DNA of 64,000 bases from an uncultured delta proteobacterium (GCA_963826785.1 CAWGYD010000001.1:640001-704000), one strand, 5' to 3'; counted from the stretch's first letter, positions 10,954 through 20,963 are shown. The notes: generated by a model not told the origin, from the letters alone. Translations and numbers: made by a program.

Positions 10954-11022
10954 CCTTGTATCATAGTGTTTAGATTACGGCGGCTTCCCATTCCCGCCGG
11001 GGGAACGTTAACAGCTAAACCT

Positions 11023-12378
11023 TCAGATGGACCTGACCACTTCATCCAGGGCGGATTCGACGTGATCTTTGATTTCGGTCAACCGGTTTTCCGACAGGGC
11101 CTCAAATCGCAGGACCAGCGCGGGCTGGGTATTGGATGCCCGGACCAGCCCCCAGCCGTCGCCAAACAGGATCCTGGCCCCATCGATATCGATGACCTCA
11201 TGGGTGCTGCGAAACCGGGCGGTGATTTCAGAAACCACTTTAAACTTCTGCCGGTCCGGACAGTCCACCCGGATTTCCGGGGTGCTGTAGGTTTTCGGGA
11301 CATCGGACAGCAATTCCGACAGCTTCTTTCCGGTGGCGGCGAGGATCTCCAGGAGACGGCAGGCGGCATAAGCGGCATCATCATAGCCGAAATACCGGTC
11401 GGCAAAGAACATGTGCCCGCTCATTTCACCCGCCAGTTCGGCATGCTCCTCCTTCATTTTCTTCTTGATCAAGGAATGCCCGGTTTTCCACATGACGGCA
11501 CGCCCGCCGTGCTTTTTGATATCGTCATACAGGGTCTGGGAGCATTTGACCTCGGAGATGAAGGCCGCTCCCGGCTTGCGGGACAGGATTTCCCGGGAAA
11601 AAATAATCATCAGCTGATCGCCGTAAATGATGCGTCCGGATTCATCCACCACGCCGATCCGGTCGCCGTCGCCGTCAAATCCGATGCCCAGGTCCAGCTT
11701 TTCTTTTCTGACCAGGGCGATCAAATCCTTTAAATTGGCGGCCACTGTGGGATCGGCCTCATGATTGGGGAAGCGGCCATCCATATCACAGTACAGGTCG
11801 TGAACCCGGCAGCCCAGTTGTTTGAAAATCGGGACCGCCACCACGCCGGCAGTCCCATTTCCAGCGTCCACCCCGATTTTCAGCGGCTTTTCCAGCACGA
11901 TATTGTCGACGACAAAATCATGATAGTCTTTAAGGATCTTTTTTTTCTGCACCGAGCCTTTTTTCGAAATGAACCGGCCTTCTTCGATAATCCTTCGTAT
12001 TTCCTGGATCTGCTCCCCGTGCACCGAATCGGTGCCCTGGCATATTTTAAAGCCGTTGTATTCCGGAGGATTGTGGCTGGCGGTCACCATGACCCCCCCT
12101 TCCTGGGACAGGTGCCGGATGGAAAAGTAAAGGACCGGGGTGGGGCAGACGCCGATGTCGGTGATCTCGCAGCCGCTGGAAACCAGACCCTCGATGAGCC
12201 GGTCGGCATAGGTGTCCGAAGTCAGCCGGCAGTCGCGGCCCACGGTCAGTTTGCGGCATCCGCGGCTGGACAGATAGGCGCCGATTCCTTTACCGATGCG
12301 GATCACGTCGTCTTCGTTCATCTCGTCACCGGCAATTCCCCTGATATCGTATTCCCTGAAAATATCCGGAACCATCAA
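11023..12378 (-). CDS. phosphomannomutase/phosphoglucomutase (AlgC type)
   Basis: FREYDIRG, TASHNP phosphoserine loop, FDGDGDR, GEMSGH. Confidence 0.95.
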   Translation of the reverse strand: MMVPDIFREYDIRGIAGDEMNEDDVIRIGKGIGAYLSSRGCRKLTVGRDCRLTSDTYADRLIEGLVSSGCEITDIGVCPTPVLYFSIRHLSQEGGVMVTASHNPPEYNGFKICQGTDSVHGEQIQEIRRIIEEGRFISKKGSVQKKKILKDYHDFVVDNIVLEKPLKIGVDAGNGTAGVVAVPIFKQLGCRVHDLYCDMDGRFPNHEADPTVAANLKDLIALVRKEKLDLGIGFDGDGDRIGVVDESGRIIYGDQLMIIFSREILSRKPGAAFISEVKCSQTLYDDIKKHGGRAVMWKTGHSLIKKKMKEEHAELAGEMSGHMFFADRYFGYDDAAYAACRLLEILAATGKKLSELLSDVPKTYSTPEIRVDCPDRQKFKVVSEITARFRSTHEVIDIDGARILFGDGWGLVRASNTQPALVLRFEALSENRLTEIKDHVESALDEVVRSI

Positions 12379-12399
12379 ACCTCCTTTTATTTTATGATG

Positions 12400-13833
12400 C
12401 TATCCTTTTATAACGGCCACGGGCCGCAGTCTGGCAATTTTTCGGGAAATCCCGGATCCTTCTACCACATTTACCACGTCGGTGACATTCTTGTATGCTT
12501 CGGGCATCTCTTCGGCCAGCGTGGACCGGCCGGCGGATCTGACGTAGATGCCCCTGTCTTCGAGTTCCCGATTGATGCTCCGGCCCCTGGCCGCCTTTTT
12601 GGCGGCATGCCGGCTCAGGACCCGGCCGGCCCCGTGGCAGGTGGAGCCGAATGTTTCGGCCATGGCCCCGGAGGTGCCGGCCAGCACATAGGAGGCGGTC
12701 CCCATGTCACCGGGGATCAGGATGGGCTGCCCGGTGGATTTATATGGATCGGAAATATCCGGGTGCCCGGGGGGAAACGCCCGGGTGGCCCCTTTCCGGT
12801 GGACGCAGACCCGCCGAATTTCCCCGTCCACCTGGTGATTTTCGAATTTGGCGATGTTGTGGCATACATCATAAACAAAATGCATTCCCAGGCTACGGGG
12901 ACTGATGCCAAGCGTGTGGATGAAGACCTCCCGGGTCAGGTGCATCAGGATCTGCCGGTTGGCCCAGGCGAAATTCGCCGCACCGGCCATGGCGCCATAA
13001 TATTTTCGGCCGGCCGGCGAATTGATTCTGGTGGCGGCCAGCTGCCGGTCGGGAACGGTGATGCCGTCTACGCCCATCTGCCGGGTCATGGAAGCCAGGA
13101 AGTCATCGCATACCTGGTGGCCCAGACCCCGGGACCCGCAGTGGATCATCACGGTCACGCGGCCCTTTACCAGACCGAAAACAGCAGCGGTGCGTTCATC
13201 ATAAATTTCGTCCACCACTGAGATTTCCAGGAAATGGTTTCCCGATCCCAGGGTGCCGAGCTGCTTTTTCCCCCGCTCCAGCGCCCGGCCGCTCACCGCG
13301 TCGGGATCGGCATCCGCCATACAACCGCCTTCTTCCGTGCGCTCAAGATCGGAATCTTCCCCGAACCCCTGGCCGATCGCCCAGCGGCTTCCCTGCTTCA
13401 ACACTTTTTTGAGTTCGGGGTAGGACAATTTGACATTCCCGGAGGTGCCCACGCCGGAAGGGATCTGCCTAAAGAGAGCGGACGAGAGCTCCGGAAGGTG
13501 CGGCCGGATTTCTTCCTCGGACAGGCGCGTGGCCGCAAGGCGCACCCCGCAATTGATATCGTAGCCCACTCCGCCGGGGGAGATCACCCCCTCCTCCGGA
13601 TCAAAAGCCGCCACACCGCCAATGGGAAACCCGTATCCCCAGTGCACATCCGGCATGGCCATGGCGGCCTTGAGGATTCCGGGCAACTGGGCCACATTCA
13701 TCAGCTGTTTGACGGTCTCCTCTTTTTTGATCACCTCTATCATCGCCGCACTTGAAAAGATGCGGGCAGGGACCCGCATGGCCCCGGATTTTTTCACCTC
13801 GTAGCAATAAGGGGATATCTGTTTCAGTTCCAT
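12400..13833 (-). CDS. rtcB: RtcB RNA 3'-phosphate/5'-OH ligase (long, archaeal-like type)
   Basis: MPDVHWGYGFPIGGV, GYDINCG, GSGNHF, HCGSRG, HRKGAT, CHGAGR. Confidence 0.96.
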   Translation of the reverse strand: MELKQISPYCYEVKKSGAMRVPARIFSSAAMIEVIKKEETVKQLMNVAQLPGILKAAMAMPDVHWGYGFPIGGVAAFDPEEGVISPGGVGYDINCGVRLAATRLSEEEIRPHLPELSSALFRQIPSGVGTSGNVKLSYPELKKVLKQGSRWAIGQGFGEDSDLERTEEGGCMADADPDAVSGRALERGKKQLGTLGSGNHFLEISVVDEIYDERTAAVFGLVKGRVTVMIHCGSRGLGHQVCDDFLASMTRQMGVDGITVPDRQLAATRINSPAGRKYYGAMAGAANFAWANRQILMHLTREVFIHTLGISPRSLGMHFVYDVCHNIAKFENHQVDGEIRRVCVHRKGATRAFPPGHPDISDPYKSTGQPILIPGDMGTASYVLAGTSGAMAETFGSTCHGAGRVLSRHAAKKAARGRSINRELEDRGIYVRSAGRSTLAEEMPEAYKNVTDVVNVVEGSGISRKIARLRPVAVIKG

Positions 13834-13927
13834 CTGGACGCACCTGGCTATATATACGTATTTGCAAGATTACCCGATAATTTAATCATTTTTATGGCCA
13901 ATGGACAAATTATTCTGCTCCCGGGGT

Positions 13928-14341
13928 TCAGATATCGAATATGACCGTGGCCTGCCAGCCGGCCGGTGTGTGTTCGACCGATATTCCGGAATAGGTCACC
14001 GCCTTGATATCCGTCAGGATGTCATGCCGGTCCGGATCATAAAGCTCATAGAAAACGTCGCCTTTTATCTTCCGGTCGGTCAGTTCCCGGATGCAGACGC
14101 GCGCGGCAAGTCCGTTTTTCACGCTCCAGATACTGAAAAGCTCCCGCAGCCAGTTGATCAGCAGGTCGGAGACATCGGCCCCGCTGATGTTGATCGTCCG
14201 GTGGTGTGCTTCATTGACGGTCGATACATCGGTCATCTGTTCGAACATGGCCCGGGCCGCGGTTTCAAAAAGTTCTTTTACATCGGCGGCCGTGACGCGG
14301 ATGCCCAGGTCGGCCGTGTGATCGATGATTTCATAGGGCAT
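13928..14341 (-). CDS. archease (RtcB activator)
   Basis: YEIIDHTAD, DIKAVTY, C-terminal FDI; directly upstream of rtcB; start at MPYE. Confidence 0.93.
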   Translation of the reverse strand: MPYEIIDHTADLGIRVTAADVKELFETAARAMFEQMTDVSTVNEAHHRTINISGADVSDLLINWLRELFSIWSVKNGLAARVCIRELTDRKIKGDVFYELYDPDRHDILTDIKAVTYSGISVEHTPAGWQATVIFDI

Positions 14342-16274
14342 CGGCCGAGGTCCAGACGATTTTTCCGGTTTGTTCCGTGTGATACCCGCCGAGTTTTGCA
14401 GCCGCCTTCCTGAATTCATCGGATTCGATGATATCGAGCAAAAGGCGGATGGCCGGGGTGTCGAAAAAGGATTCGGGGATCACCAGTTCATAGGATTCGG
14501 TGACCACCGGGACAAACTCCAGATCAAGGGCCCTGGCGGCGGCCAGGATGCCCAGGCCGGCGTCGGCGGCCCCGGACAGAACCGCCGCCGCCACCGCCAT
14601 ATGGGTAAATTCTTCATTGGGATACCCGGCGATCTGATTTGGTAAAATCCCCAGTTCGGATAGCCGGTAGTCCAGCAGAATCCGGGTGCCCGAGCCGATC
14701 TGCCGGTTGATGAAGGTGTTTTCCGGACGGGTCAGGTCTTCGATGGTCATGATTTTCCTGGGGTTTCCGGGGGCGACAATCAGCCCCTGGTCCCGCCGGA
14801 CCAGGTGCACCAGGTAGACGGGGACGTCTTTGAGATATTTACGGATGTAGCTGATGTTGTAAGTGCCATCGGCGGTATCGAGCAGATGGGTGCCGGCCAC
14901 GTGGCACAATCCTTTTTTAATGGCGATCAGCCCTCCCATGCTTCCCACATGGCTGGAAGAAAGATGAATCCGGCTGCTCCTGGACCGGATCAGGTCGGCA
15001 ATGACATCGAGGGTATTGTCGTGGCTTCCCACCGCCACCAGGGTATCGGAAATCTGGGTAAGCGGCCTGAGCAGGGTGGCGGATACCGGCTGGTCCCCGG
15101 GGATGCCTTCCAGGTGGTTGGGAATACGGATAATGCCGTCGGCCTCGGTGATGGAGGTGATGCAGCCGGCCCCCCGGGGAAGCGGGGTGGCCACGATCCG
15201 GTCCCCCACCCGGCCCAGCTTGACCCGCACGAATTCCTCCAGTCCCAGCCGGGAGGCAATTTTTTTGGTGGGCACGACCCGGGCGGAAGGGGCATTCGGT
15301 TCCGGCTGGTGCAGCAGGGCGCACAGCAGCGGCCGGATCAGCTGCTCAAAGGCAATGATGGCAGACACCGGGTAGCCGGGAATGCCAAATACCGGCATGC
15401 CGGCGATCTTCCCCGCGATAACGGGTTTCCCCGGCATCATGGTGACCCCGTGGACAAGAACGCTTCCCATATCGGCAATCACCTGACGGGTAAAGTCCTC
15501 AGAGCCCGCAGATGATCCCCCGACAAGCAGGATCAGGTCATAATCATCACCGGCAGCCTTCTTTATTGCACTGGAAATTTTCTCCGGATCATCGGTGATG
15601 ATTTCGCTGACGTCATATTCCCCGCCGCAGGAGACGACCATCTGCCCCAGCATGTGGGAATTGGAATCGATGATCCGTCCCGGCTGCAGCCGGGAAGAGT
15701 CGATCTGACGATAGTCCACCATCTCCCGTCCCGTGGGAATAATGAAAACCTTTGGCTTTTTAAGCACGGAAACTTCGCGTATCCCGGCGGACAGAAGGGC
15801 GCCGATGCCATAGGGGGAGACGGCTTCGTGCCGCGCAAACACCAGTTCAGTGGCGACGATGTCTTCCCCCATGCGGCGGACATGCTGCCAGGGAAACACC
15901 GGCGCATCGATTTCGATGTGATTTTCATCCACCACATGGATTTTTTCGATCATGATCACCGCGTCCGTACCTTCCGGCAGAACATGTCCGGTGTTGACAA
16001 AATGCGCGTCTTTCCCCGTGGCAAGGATTATAGGAGCGGTTTCAGAGGCCCCATAGGTGGTTTTTGCGGCCACTGCAGCGCCGTCCATGGCGGCGGCATG
16101 AAAATTGGGCGAGGAGATGGCGGCAAATACGGGCTCTGCCAGGATGCGGCCGGATGCGTGGATGACATCGATGGTTTCTGATTGCAAACTGGCTTGGGTC
16201 AGATCGGTCTCGACAATGGCACGGGCCTCGTCCAGTGATTTCATCTTCAGGTAGATATTTCGATGTCCGGTCAT
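14331..16274 (-). CDS. moeA: molybdopterin biosynthesis protein MoeA fused to a PBP/LysR-type substrate-binding domain
   Basis: AAMDGAAV, MMPGKP, GIPGYPVS followed by GSHD, HVGSMGG, FINRQIGSGTR. Confidence 0.92.
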   Translation of the reverse strand: MTGHRNIYLKMKSLDEARAIVETDLTQASLQSETIDVIHASGRILAEPVFAAISSPNFHAAAMDGAAVAAKTTYGASETAPIILATGKDAHFVNTGHVLPEGTDAVIMIEKIHVVDENHIEIDAPVFPWQHVRRMGEDIVATELVFARHEAVSPYGIGALLSAGIREVSVLKKPKVFIIPTGREMVDYRQIDSSRLQPGRIIDSNSHMLGQMVVSCGGEYDVSEIITDDPEKISSAIKKAAGDDYDLILLVGGSSAGSEDFTRQVIADMGSVLVHGVTMMPGKPVIAGKIAGMPVFGIPGYPVSAIIAFEQLIRPLLCALLHQPEPNAPSARVVPTKKIASRLGLEEFVRVKLGRVGDRIVATPLPRGAGCITSITEADGIIRIPNHLEGIPGDQPVSATLLRPLTQISDTLVAVGSHDNTLDVIADLIRSRSSRIHLSSSHVGSMGGLIAIKKGLCHVAGTHLLDTADGTYNISYIRKYLKDVPVYLVHLVRRDQGLIVAPGNPRKIMTIEDLTRPENTFINRQIGSGTRILLDYRLSELGILPNQIAGYPNEEFTHMAVAAAVLSGAADAGLGILAAARALDLEFVPVVTESYELVIPESFFDTPAIRLLLDIIESDEFRKAAAKLGGYHTEQTGKIVWTSADAL

Positions 16275-16348
16275 GGCGGTTTTTTATTTTCGGTTATCCG
16301 GTTCGCACCGGAAATAGAATTTAAATTCTTGATCAAAAAACAAAAGCT

Positions 16349-17626
16349 TCAGGTCGTAAAAGGGATGACCATAACCCGGTCTCCCTTTGAAAGCCCTTCG
16401 GTATTCTCATCGATGCGGACCAGTCCATCGGCCTGGACCATGGTATGGATCAGGCCCGATTTTCCCGGTATGGGTTCGGCCATCAGGCCATGCTCGCTTG
16501 AAATGATCCGAACCCGGGCAAAGTCGATGCGGCCGTGGACCGAGGCGATATTGCGGGAAAGCGTGGCGGGCACGGAATGCGTCAGCGATTTGGACGAATC
16601 CAGACCGGCCATGTGCAGGAGAAACGGCCTGACCACGATTTCAAACACGACCATGGCGGAAGTCACGTGCCCGGGCAGCCCCCAGAAGGGCTTTTTCCCC
16701 ACCCGGGCCAGGATGGTCGGTTTACCCGGGCTCATGGGGATACCGTGGACCAGGATCTCTGCGTTGTTCTGGGCCATGATGGCTTCTATGGTCAGGTCCC
16801 GTTTCCCCACCGAACTGCCGCCGGAAACCAGCACCATGTCCGAATGTGCCAGGGCGGCCCGGCAGGTTTTAATCAAGGCGGCCCGATCGTCTTTTATCAA
16901 GCCGTAAAGTTCAGGTTCTGCCCCGGCGGCCCGGCACGAGCCATGCAGTGTATAAGAATTTACATCGCGTACCTGGGCCGGTCCGGGGATCGAGTCGACA
17001 GGAATGATTTCGTCCCCCGTGGAGATGATGCCGACAACCGGCCTCCGGAATACGTTTATCCGGCTTCGGCCCAGGGCCGCCAGAAGCCCCATTTCCTGAG
17101 CACGGATGCGGGTCCCGGCTTCGAGGATGACTTTTCCGGCCCGGACATCCTCGCCGGCTCGGATCACGCTGGCACCGGGCGCAACACTTCTGTAAACCTC
17201 CAGCGTGGTCTCATCGACCGGTGCGGCGTGTTCGAGCATGACCACGCTGTCGGCACCGGGCGGAAGCATGCCGCCGGTGGCAATGCGGGCGGCTTCACCC
17301 GGCACAATGGGCGTTGTCGGCATCTGCCCCATCTCAACCGATCCTGTAATCGTCAGGTAGGCGGGATTGGCTTCTGAAGCCCCGAAAGTGGCCGCAGCGC
17401 AGACCGCGTAGCCATCCATGGTGGACCGGTCGAAACCGGGAATATCGATGTCGGAAATCAGGTCTTCGGCAAGGACCCGGCCCTGGGCTTCCAGAAGGGG
17501 CAAGGATTCCGGCCGGGTCCTGTCAAACCCGGACATGAGTCCGAAAACCGCCTCAAGGGGCGTGACATTGAAGAATTCTTTTGTCATTACAGGCCCATAT
17601 CCAACGTCCATACCGGTCTTGTGCAT
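16349..17626 (-). CDS. moeA: molybdopterin molybdotransferase MoeA (gephyrin-like)
   Basis: RSTMDGYAV, IATGG, STGDE, SGGSSVG, PGKPT, GLPG; start uncertain. Confidence 0.93.
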   Translation of the reverse strand: MHKTGMDVGYGPVMTKEFFNVTPLEAVFGLMSGFDRTRPESLPLLEAQGRVLAEDLISDIDIPGFDRSTMDGYAVCAAATFGASEANPAYLTITGSVEMGQMPTTPIVPGEAARIATGGMLPPGADSVVMLEHAAPVDETTLEVYRSVAPGASVIRAGEDVRAGKVILEAGTRIRAQEMGLLAALGRSRINVFRRPVVGIISTGDEIIPVDSIPGPAQVRDVNSYTLHGSCRAAGAEPELYGLIKDDRAALIKTCRAALAHSDMVLVSGGSSVGKRDLTIEAIMAQNNAEILVHGIPMSPGKPTILARVGKKPFWGLPGHVTSAMVVFEIVVRPFLLHMAGLDSSKSLTHSVPATLSRNIASVHGRIDFARVRIISSEHGLMAEPIPGKSGLIHTMVQADGLVRIDENTEGLSKGDRVMVIPFTT

Positions 17627-17675
17627 TAATCTTCGATGAAGTCGTAAATTTTAAAATCCTAAATCCCGCACCCGG

Positions 17676-18512
17676 TTACCAGAACATCTCATCATCCATC
17701 TGCCCCCCGCCCACCCGGGTGACCGGTCCGGTCAGGGTGATCTCCCAGTCGTCGCTGATATGGATTGCCAGTCTGCCCCCGGGCATATGGACGGTCACAT
17801 CATTTCCGGTCAGCCCCAGGCGGTGCGAAACGGCGGCGGCGGCCGAACTGCTGCTTCCGGAAGCCAGGGTGTAACCCGCCCCCCGCTCCCAGATCTCGAT
17901 GGCGATATTTTCCCGATCCAGGATCTTGACGAACTGCACATTGATCCGGTGGGGAAACAGGGGATGGGTTTCCAGCAGCGGCCCGGTCCGGCGGGCCAGT
18001 TCCGGCGAGATCCGGTCCCGGATCACCACGCAGTGCGGATTGCCGATGGCGGCTGCCGAAAAGACGATCGATTCCCCCGACAATTGCACCTCTTCGTTCA
18101 AAACTTCCCGGCGCTGCCCGGCCACCGGTATCCGGGTGCTCTCAAAGGTGATGCGGCCCATGTCCACGGAAACCATTTTTCCGCCGTCATAGACGCGGGC
18201 GGTAACGATTCCCCCCAGGGTGTCCATGGTAAAAGGCGATTGGGACACCATTTGCCTGTCAAACAGGTACCGGGCAAATATGCGCAGCCCGTTTCCGCTT
18301 TTCTCCGCTTCGCTTCCATCCGGGTTGTAGATCTTCAACGCAAAATCCGCCAGCTCCGTATCCATCGGCCCCAGCAGGATGCCGTCTGATCCCATGCCGT
18401 AATTCCGATCACAGATCCGCCGGATTCGATCTTCGGACAACAAGACGTCGGTCTGCGGGGCAATCACCAGGTAATCGTTTCCCAGACCATGGTATTTATC
18501 AAAGTGCATCAT
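17676..18512 (-). CDS. dapF: diaminopimelate epimerase family protein with Ser at both catalytic Cys positions
   Basis: KYHGLGNDY, GSDG, NPDGSEAEKSGNG, GNPH, ERGAGYTLASGS. Confidence 0.88.
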   Translation of the reverse strand: MMHFDKYHGLGNDYLVIAPQTDVLLSEDRIRRICDRNYGMGSDGILLGPMDTELADFALKIYNPDGSEAEKSGNGLRIFARYLFDRQMVSQSPFTMDTLGGIVTARVYDGGKMVSVDMGRITFESTRIPVAGQRREVLNEEVQLSGESIVFSAAAIGNPHCVVIRDRISPELARRTGPLLETHPLFPHRINVQFVKILDRENIAIEIWERGAGYTLASGSSSSAAAAVSHRLGLTGNDVTVHMPGGRLAIHISDDWEITLTGPVTRVGGGQMDDEMFW

Positions 18513-18697
18513 TTAGAAGGATCATCCAGCCAGCCGTTGTTTTTGCCTGCAAAATGAATCGTGCATGCGGTCCTGAATTTGCAGTACAGGTCCGGGTCAC
18601 GGCATTTCAGGCATTGTTCGCACAGGTAAACCCGGTGTTTTTGACAAAAATACCGGGTCTCTCGATCCGGATGATGTATACAGGTTTCTTTATCCAT
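18509..18697 (-). CDS. small Cys/His-rich (B-box-like) metal-binding protein, 62 aa
   Basis: CIHHP..CQKH..LCEQCLKC..YCK..C, 7 Cys; stop overlaps the dapF start (ATGA). Confidence 0.75.
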   Translation of the reverse strand: MDKETCIHHPDRETRYFCQKHRVYLCEQCLKCRDPDLYCKFRTACTIHFAGKNNGWLDDPSK

Positions 18698-18922
18698 TTT
18701 TTCAAAGACGGATCGTGTGCCGGATACGACTAAAAAAGCCGCTCTTTCGGACAATTCGATCGATTAATTAAAATTATAAAACTAACATAAAAACGTAAAT
18801 ATCCGCAACCAATATAAACACCGCGCCCCGGGATGCAATGCCCCAAGAATCGTCCTTTTTTAGGCGATACCTTTTCATGGCCCGAAAAAGGCTGTGATCC
18901 ATGGTGATTTTCGCCTTCACCC

Positions 18923-18951
18923 TTGAAAAACCATAATTTATTCATTAATAT
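18923..18951 (+). promoter_or_regulatory. putative sigma70 promoter of the methyltransferase gene
   Basis: TTGAAA-17 nt-TAATAT ending 6 nt before the ATG at 18958. Confidence 0.4.
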
Positions 18952-18957
18952 GCTGAG

Positions 18958-19773
18958 ATGGGATATGTATTTGATTTTAAAGATGCAGTTTCGTACGACC
19001 GGCAATCGGCGGCCAAAAAGGATCATCCGGCTGTCCGGATGCAGCGGCAGTTGATGGTGGAGATGGTCAAGCCGATGTTCGGCGATCGACTGCTCGATAT
19101 CGGATGTGGAACCGGAAACAGCCTGATGCCGTTTATGGGGAAGGGAATTTCCCTTACCGGGGTGGATCCGTCCCCCTACATGCTCGATTTCGCGCGGGAG
19201 CATTTGGGCAAACGGGTGGATCTGCACCGGGCGTTTGCCGAGGACCTGCCCTTCGATGATAATGCCTTCGATTATGCCGTGCTGTCCCTGTCCCTGGAAT
19301 TTGCCAGAGATCCCGCAAAAGCCCTTGCGGAAGCCTGCCGGGTGGCTAAAGACGGTGTTTTTGTGGGAATATTGAACAAGTATGGCTTGAAGTCAGTTGC
19401 GTACCGGATCGGCGGCATTTTCCGCCCCACCGTTTATCGGCATGCCCGTTTCTTCGGCATAAGCGAGGTCAGGGGGCTGTTCTTCAGATTCCTGGGCGAT
19501 GTGCCGATTACCTGGAAGACCGTCTGCCATGTCCCGGGCGCACAGTACCCATTGATCAATCGTTTGGCGGCGTCTCAGGTATCCCGGAAATTTCCATTCG
19601 GGGATTTCGCGGGTATCCTGGCCCAGCCGGTTCCCCGCTTCAGGACCACCCCCTTGTTTCTCAAACATCCTTCGCCCCGTTCCCGCCCGTCTCGCAGCCA
19701 GGTCGCCAGTTGCGCCAAAGAAGTGCGAATCGCAGAAGGCGCCGTTTGCGTTGAGGAGGAAAATACCGAATAA
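18958..19773 (+). CDS. class I SAM-dependent methyltransferase
   Basis: LLDIGCGTG, GVDPSPYML, AEDLPFDDNAFD. Confidence 0.9.
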   Translation: MGYVFDFKDAVSYDRQSAAKKDHPAVRMQRQLMVEMVKPMFGDRLLDIGCGTGNSLMPFMGKGISLTGVDPSPYMLDFAREHLGKRVDLHRAFAEDLPFDDNAFDYAVLSLSLEFARDPAKALAEACRVAKDGVFVGILNKYGLKSVAYRIGGIFRPTVYRHARFFGISEVRGLFFRFLGDVPITWKTVCHVPGAQYPLINRLAASQVSRKFPFGDFAGILAQPVPRFRTTPLFLKHPSPRSRPSRSQVASCAKEVRIAEGAVCVEEENTE

Positions 19774-19846
19774 TTGATTAAACCGGATAAGCGATGGTGA
19801 CATTTAGGTGCATGCACAACCACGCCAGCGTTCATAAGGGGGCCGC

Positions 19847-20866
19847 ATGGAAGCACTGCTCTATGATAAACAGAATGACCAGAAGGTCAGATGCCATTTG
19901 TGCAATCAGTACTGCCTGATCTCCGAGGGCCGGCGGGGATTGTGCAATGTCCGGGTGAATCAGAAGGGCACGCTGATGACGAACGTCTATGACAAGGTCA
20001 TCGCCTTAAACGTGGACCCCATCGAAAAAAAACCGCTGTTTCATTATTATCCCGGAACCCTGGCCTATTCCTTCGGTACGGTGGGCTGTAATTTCCGGTG
20101 CCGGTTCTGCCAGAACGCCGACATCGCCCAGATGGCTACGGACCATGACGGAATGGTGGACGGAAGGACCATTGCGCCGGAAGCCATCGTTGCCGGGGCC
20201 GTGAAAAACGATTGCAAAACCATCGCCTATACGTATACTGAGCCGACCATATTTTTCGAACTGGCGCTGGACTGTGCAAAACTTGCCCAAAAACAGGGCA
20301 TCAAGAACGTGTTTGTGACCAACGGCTATATGACCCGGGATGCCCTGGACATGATCAGTCCGTACCTGGGCGCCGCCAATGTGGATTTAAAGGCCTTTTC
20401 AGACGAATTCTACAAGAAGACCTGCGGCGCTAAACTGGCGCCGGTGCTCGACAACCTGAAACGGATGAAACAGCTCGGCATATTTGTCGAGGTCACCACC
20501 CTGCTGATCCCGGGATTAAACGACGATCCGAAAGAATTGACCGAACTGGCGAATTTCATTGCAAAAGACCTGGGGGATGAAACCCCATGGCATATCAGCC
20601 GGTTTCACCCCACCTACAAACTGGTGGACCGGCCCGCCACCCCGCTGCCGACCATGCTCAAAGCCCGTGAAATCGGCATCAGCGCAGGGCTGAAATATGT
20701 GTATACGGGCAATGTGCCGGGCGAAAACAGCGAGAACACCTTCTGCTACGCTTGCGGGGAGCAGGTGATCGGCAGGAGGGGATTTTTTGTCTCCCAGAAC
20801 CTGGTTAAAGAAAACAAATGCCCCAAGTGCGGGGCGATGATTCACGGGGTGGGGCTGTCTGCATAA
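19847..20866 (+). CDS. amrS: AmmeMemoRadiSam system radical SAM enzyme
   Basis: N-terminal CHLC..C..GLC, DPIEKKPLFH, GCNFRCRFCQN, YTYTEP, C-terminal CxxC pairs. Confidence 0.92.
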   Translation: MEALLYDKQNDQKVRCHLCNQYCLISEGRRGLCNVRVNQKGTLMTNVYDKVIALNVDPIEKKPLFHYYPGTLAYSFGTVGCNFRCRFCQNADIAQMATDHDGMVDGRTIAPEAIVAGAVKNDCKTIAYTYTEPTIFFELALDCAKLAQKQGIKNVFVTNGYMTRDALDMISPYLGAANVDLKAFSDEFYKKTCGAKLAPVLDNLKRMKQLGIFVEVTTLLIPGLNDDPKELTELANFIAKDLGDETPWHISRFHPTYKLVDRPATPLPTMLKAREIGISAGLKYVYTGNVPGENSENTFCYACGEQVIGRRGFFVSQNLVKENKCPKCGAMIHGVGLSA

Positions 20867-20963
20867 CGATTTATCCGGCCGGTTCAATGAGCCTGCCAGG
20901 GCCGGATAACGCATGTGCCGGTATCGTCTGCCCGGGAAACGAGAAAGGGCGGGCGCAAGAAAA

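Noticed and set aside
11761..13221. 486-aa plus-strand ORF spanning pmm and rtcB
   Set aside because: Antisense to two well-supported genes; typical stop-poor reverse frame in GC-rich DNA
13875..13900. Possible sigma54 promoter for rtcB (TGGC on the minus strand)
   Set aside because: The -12 position reads GA rather than GC, and no rtcR is in the window
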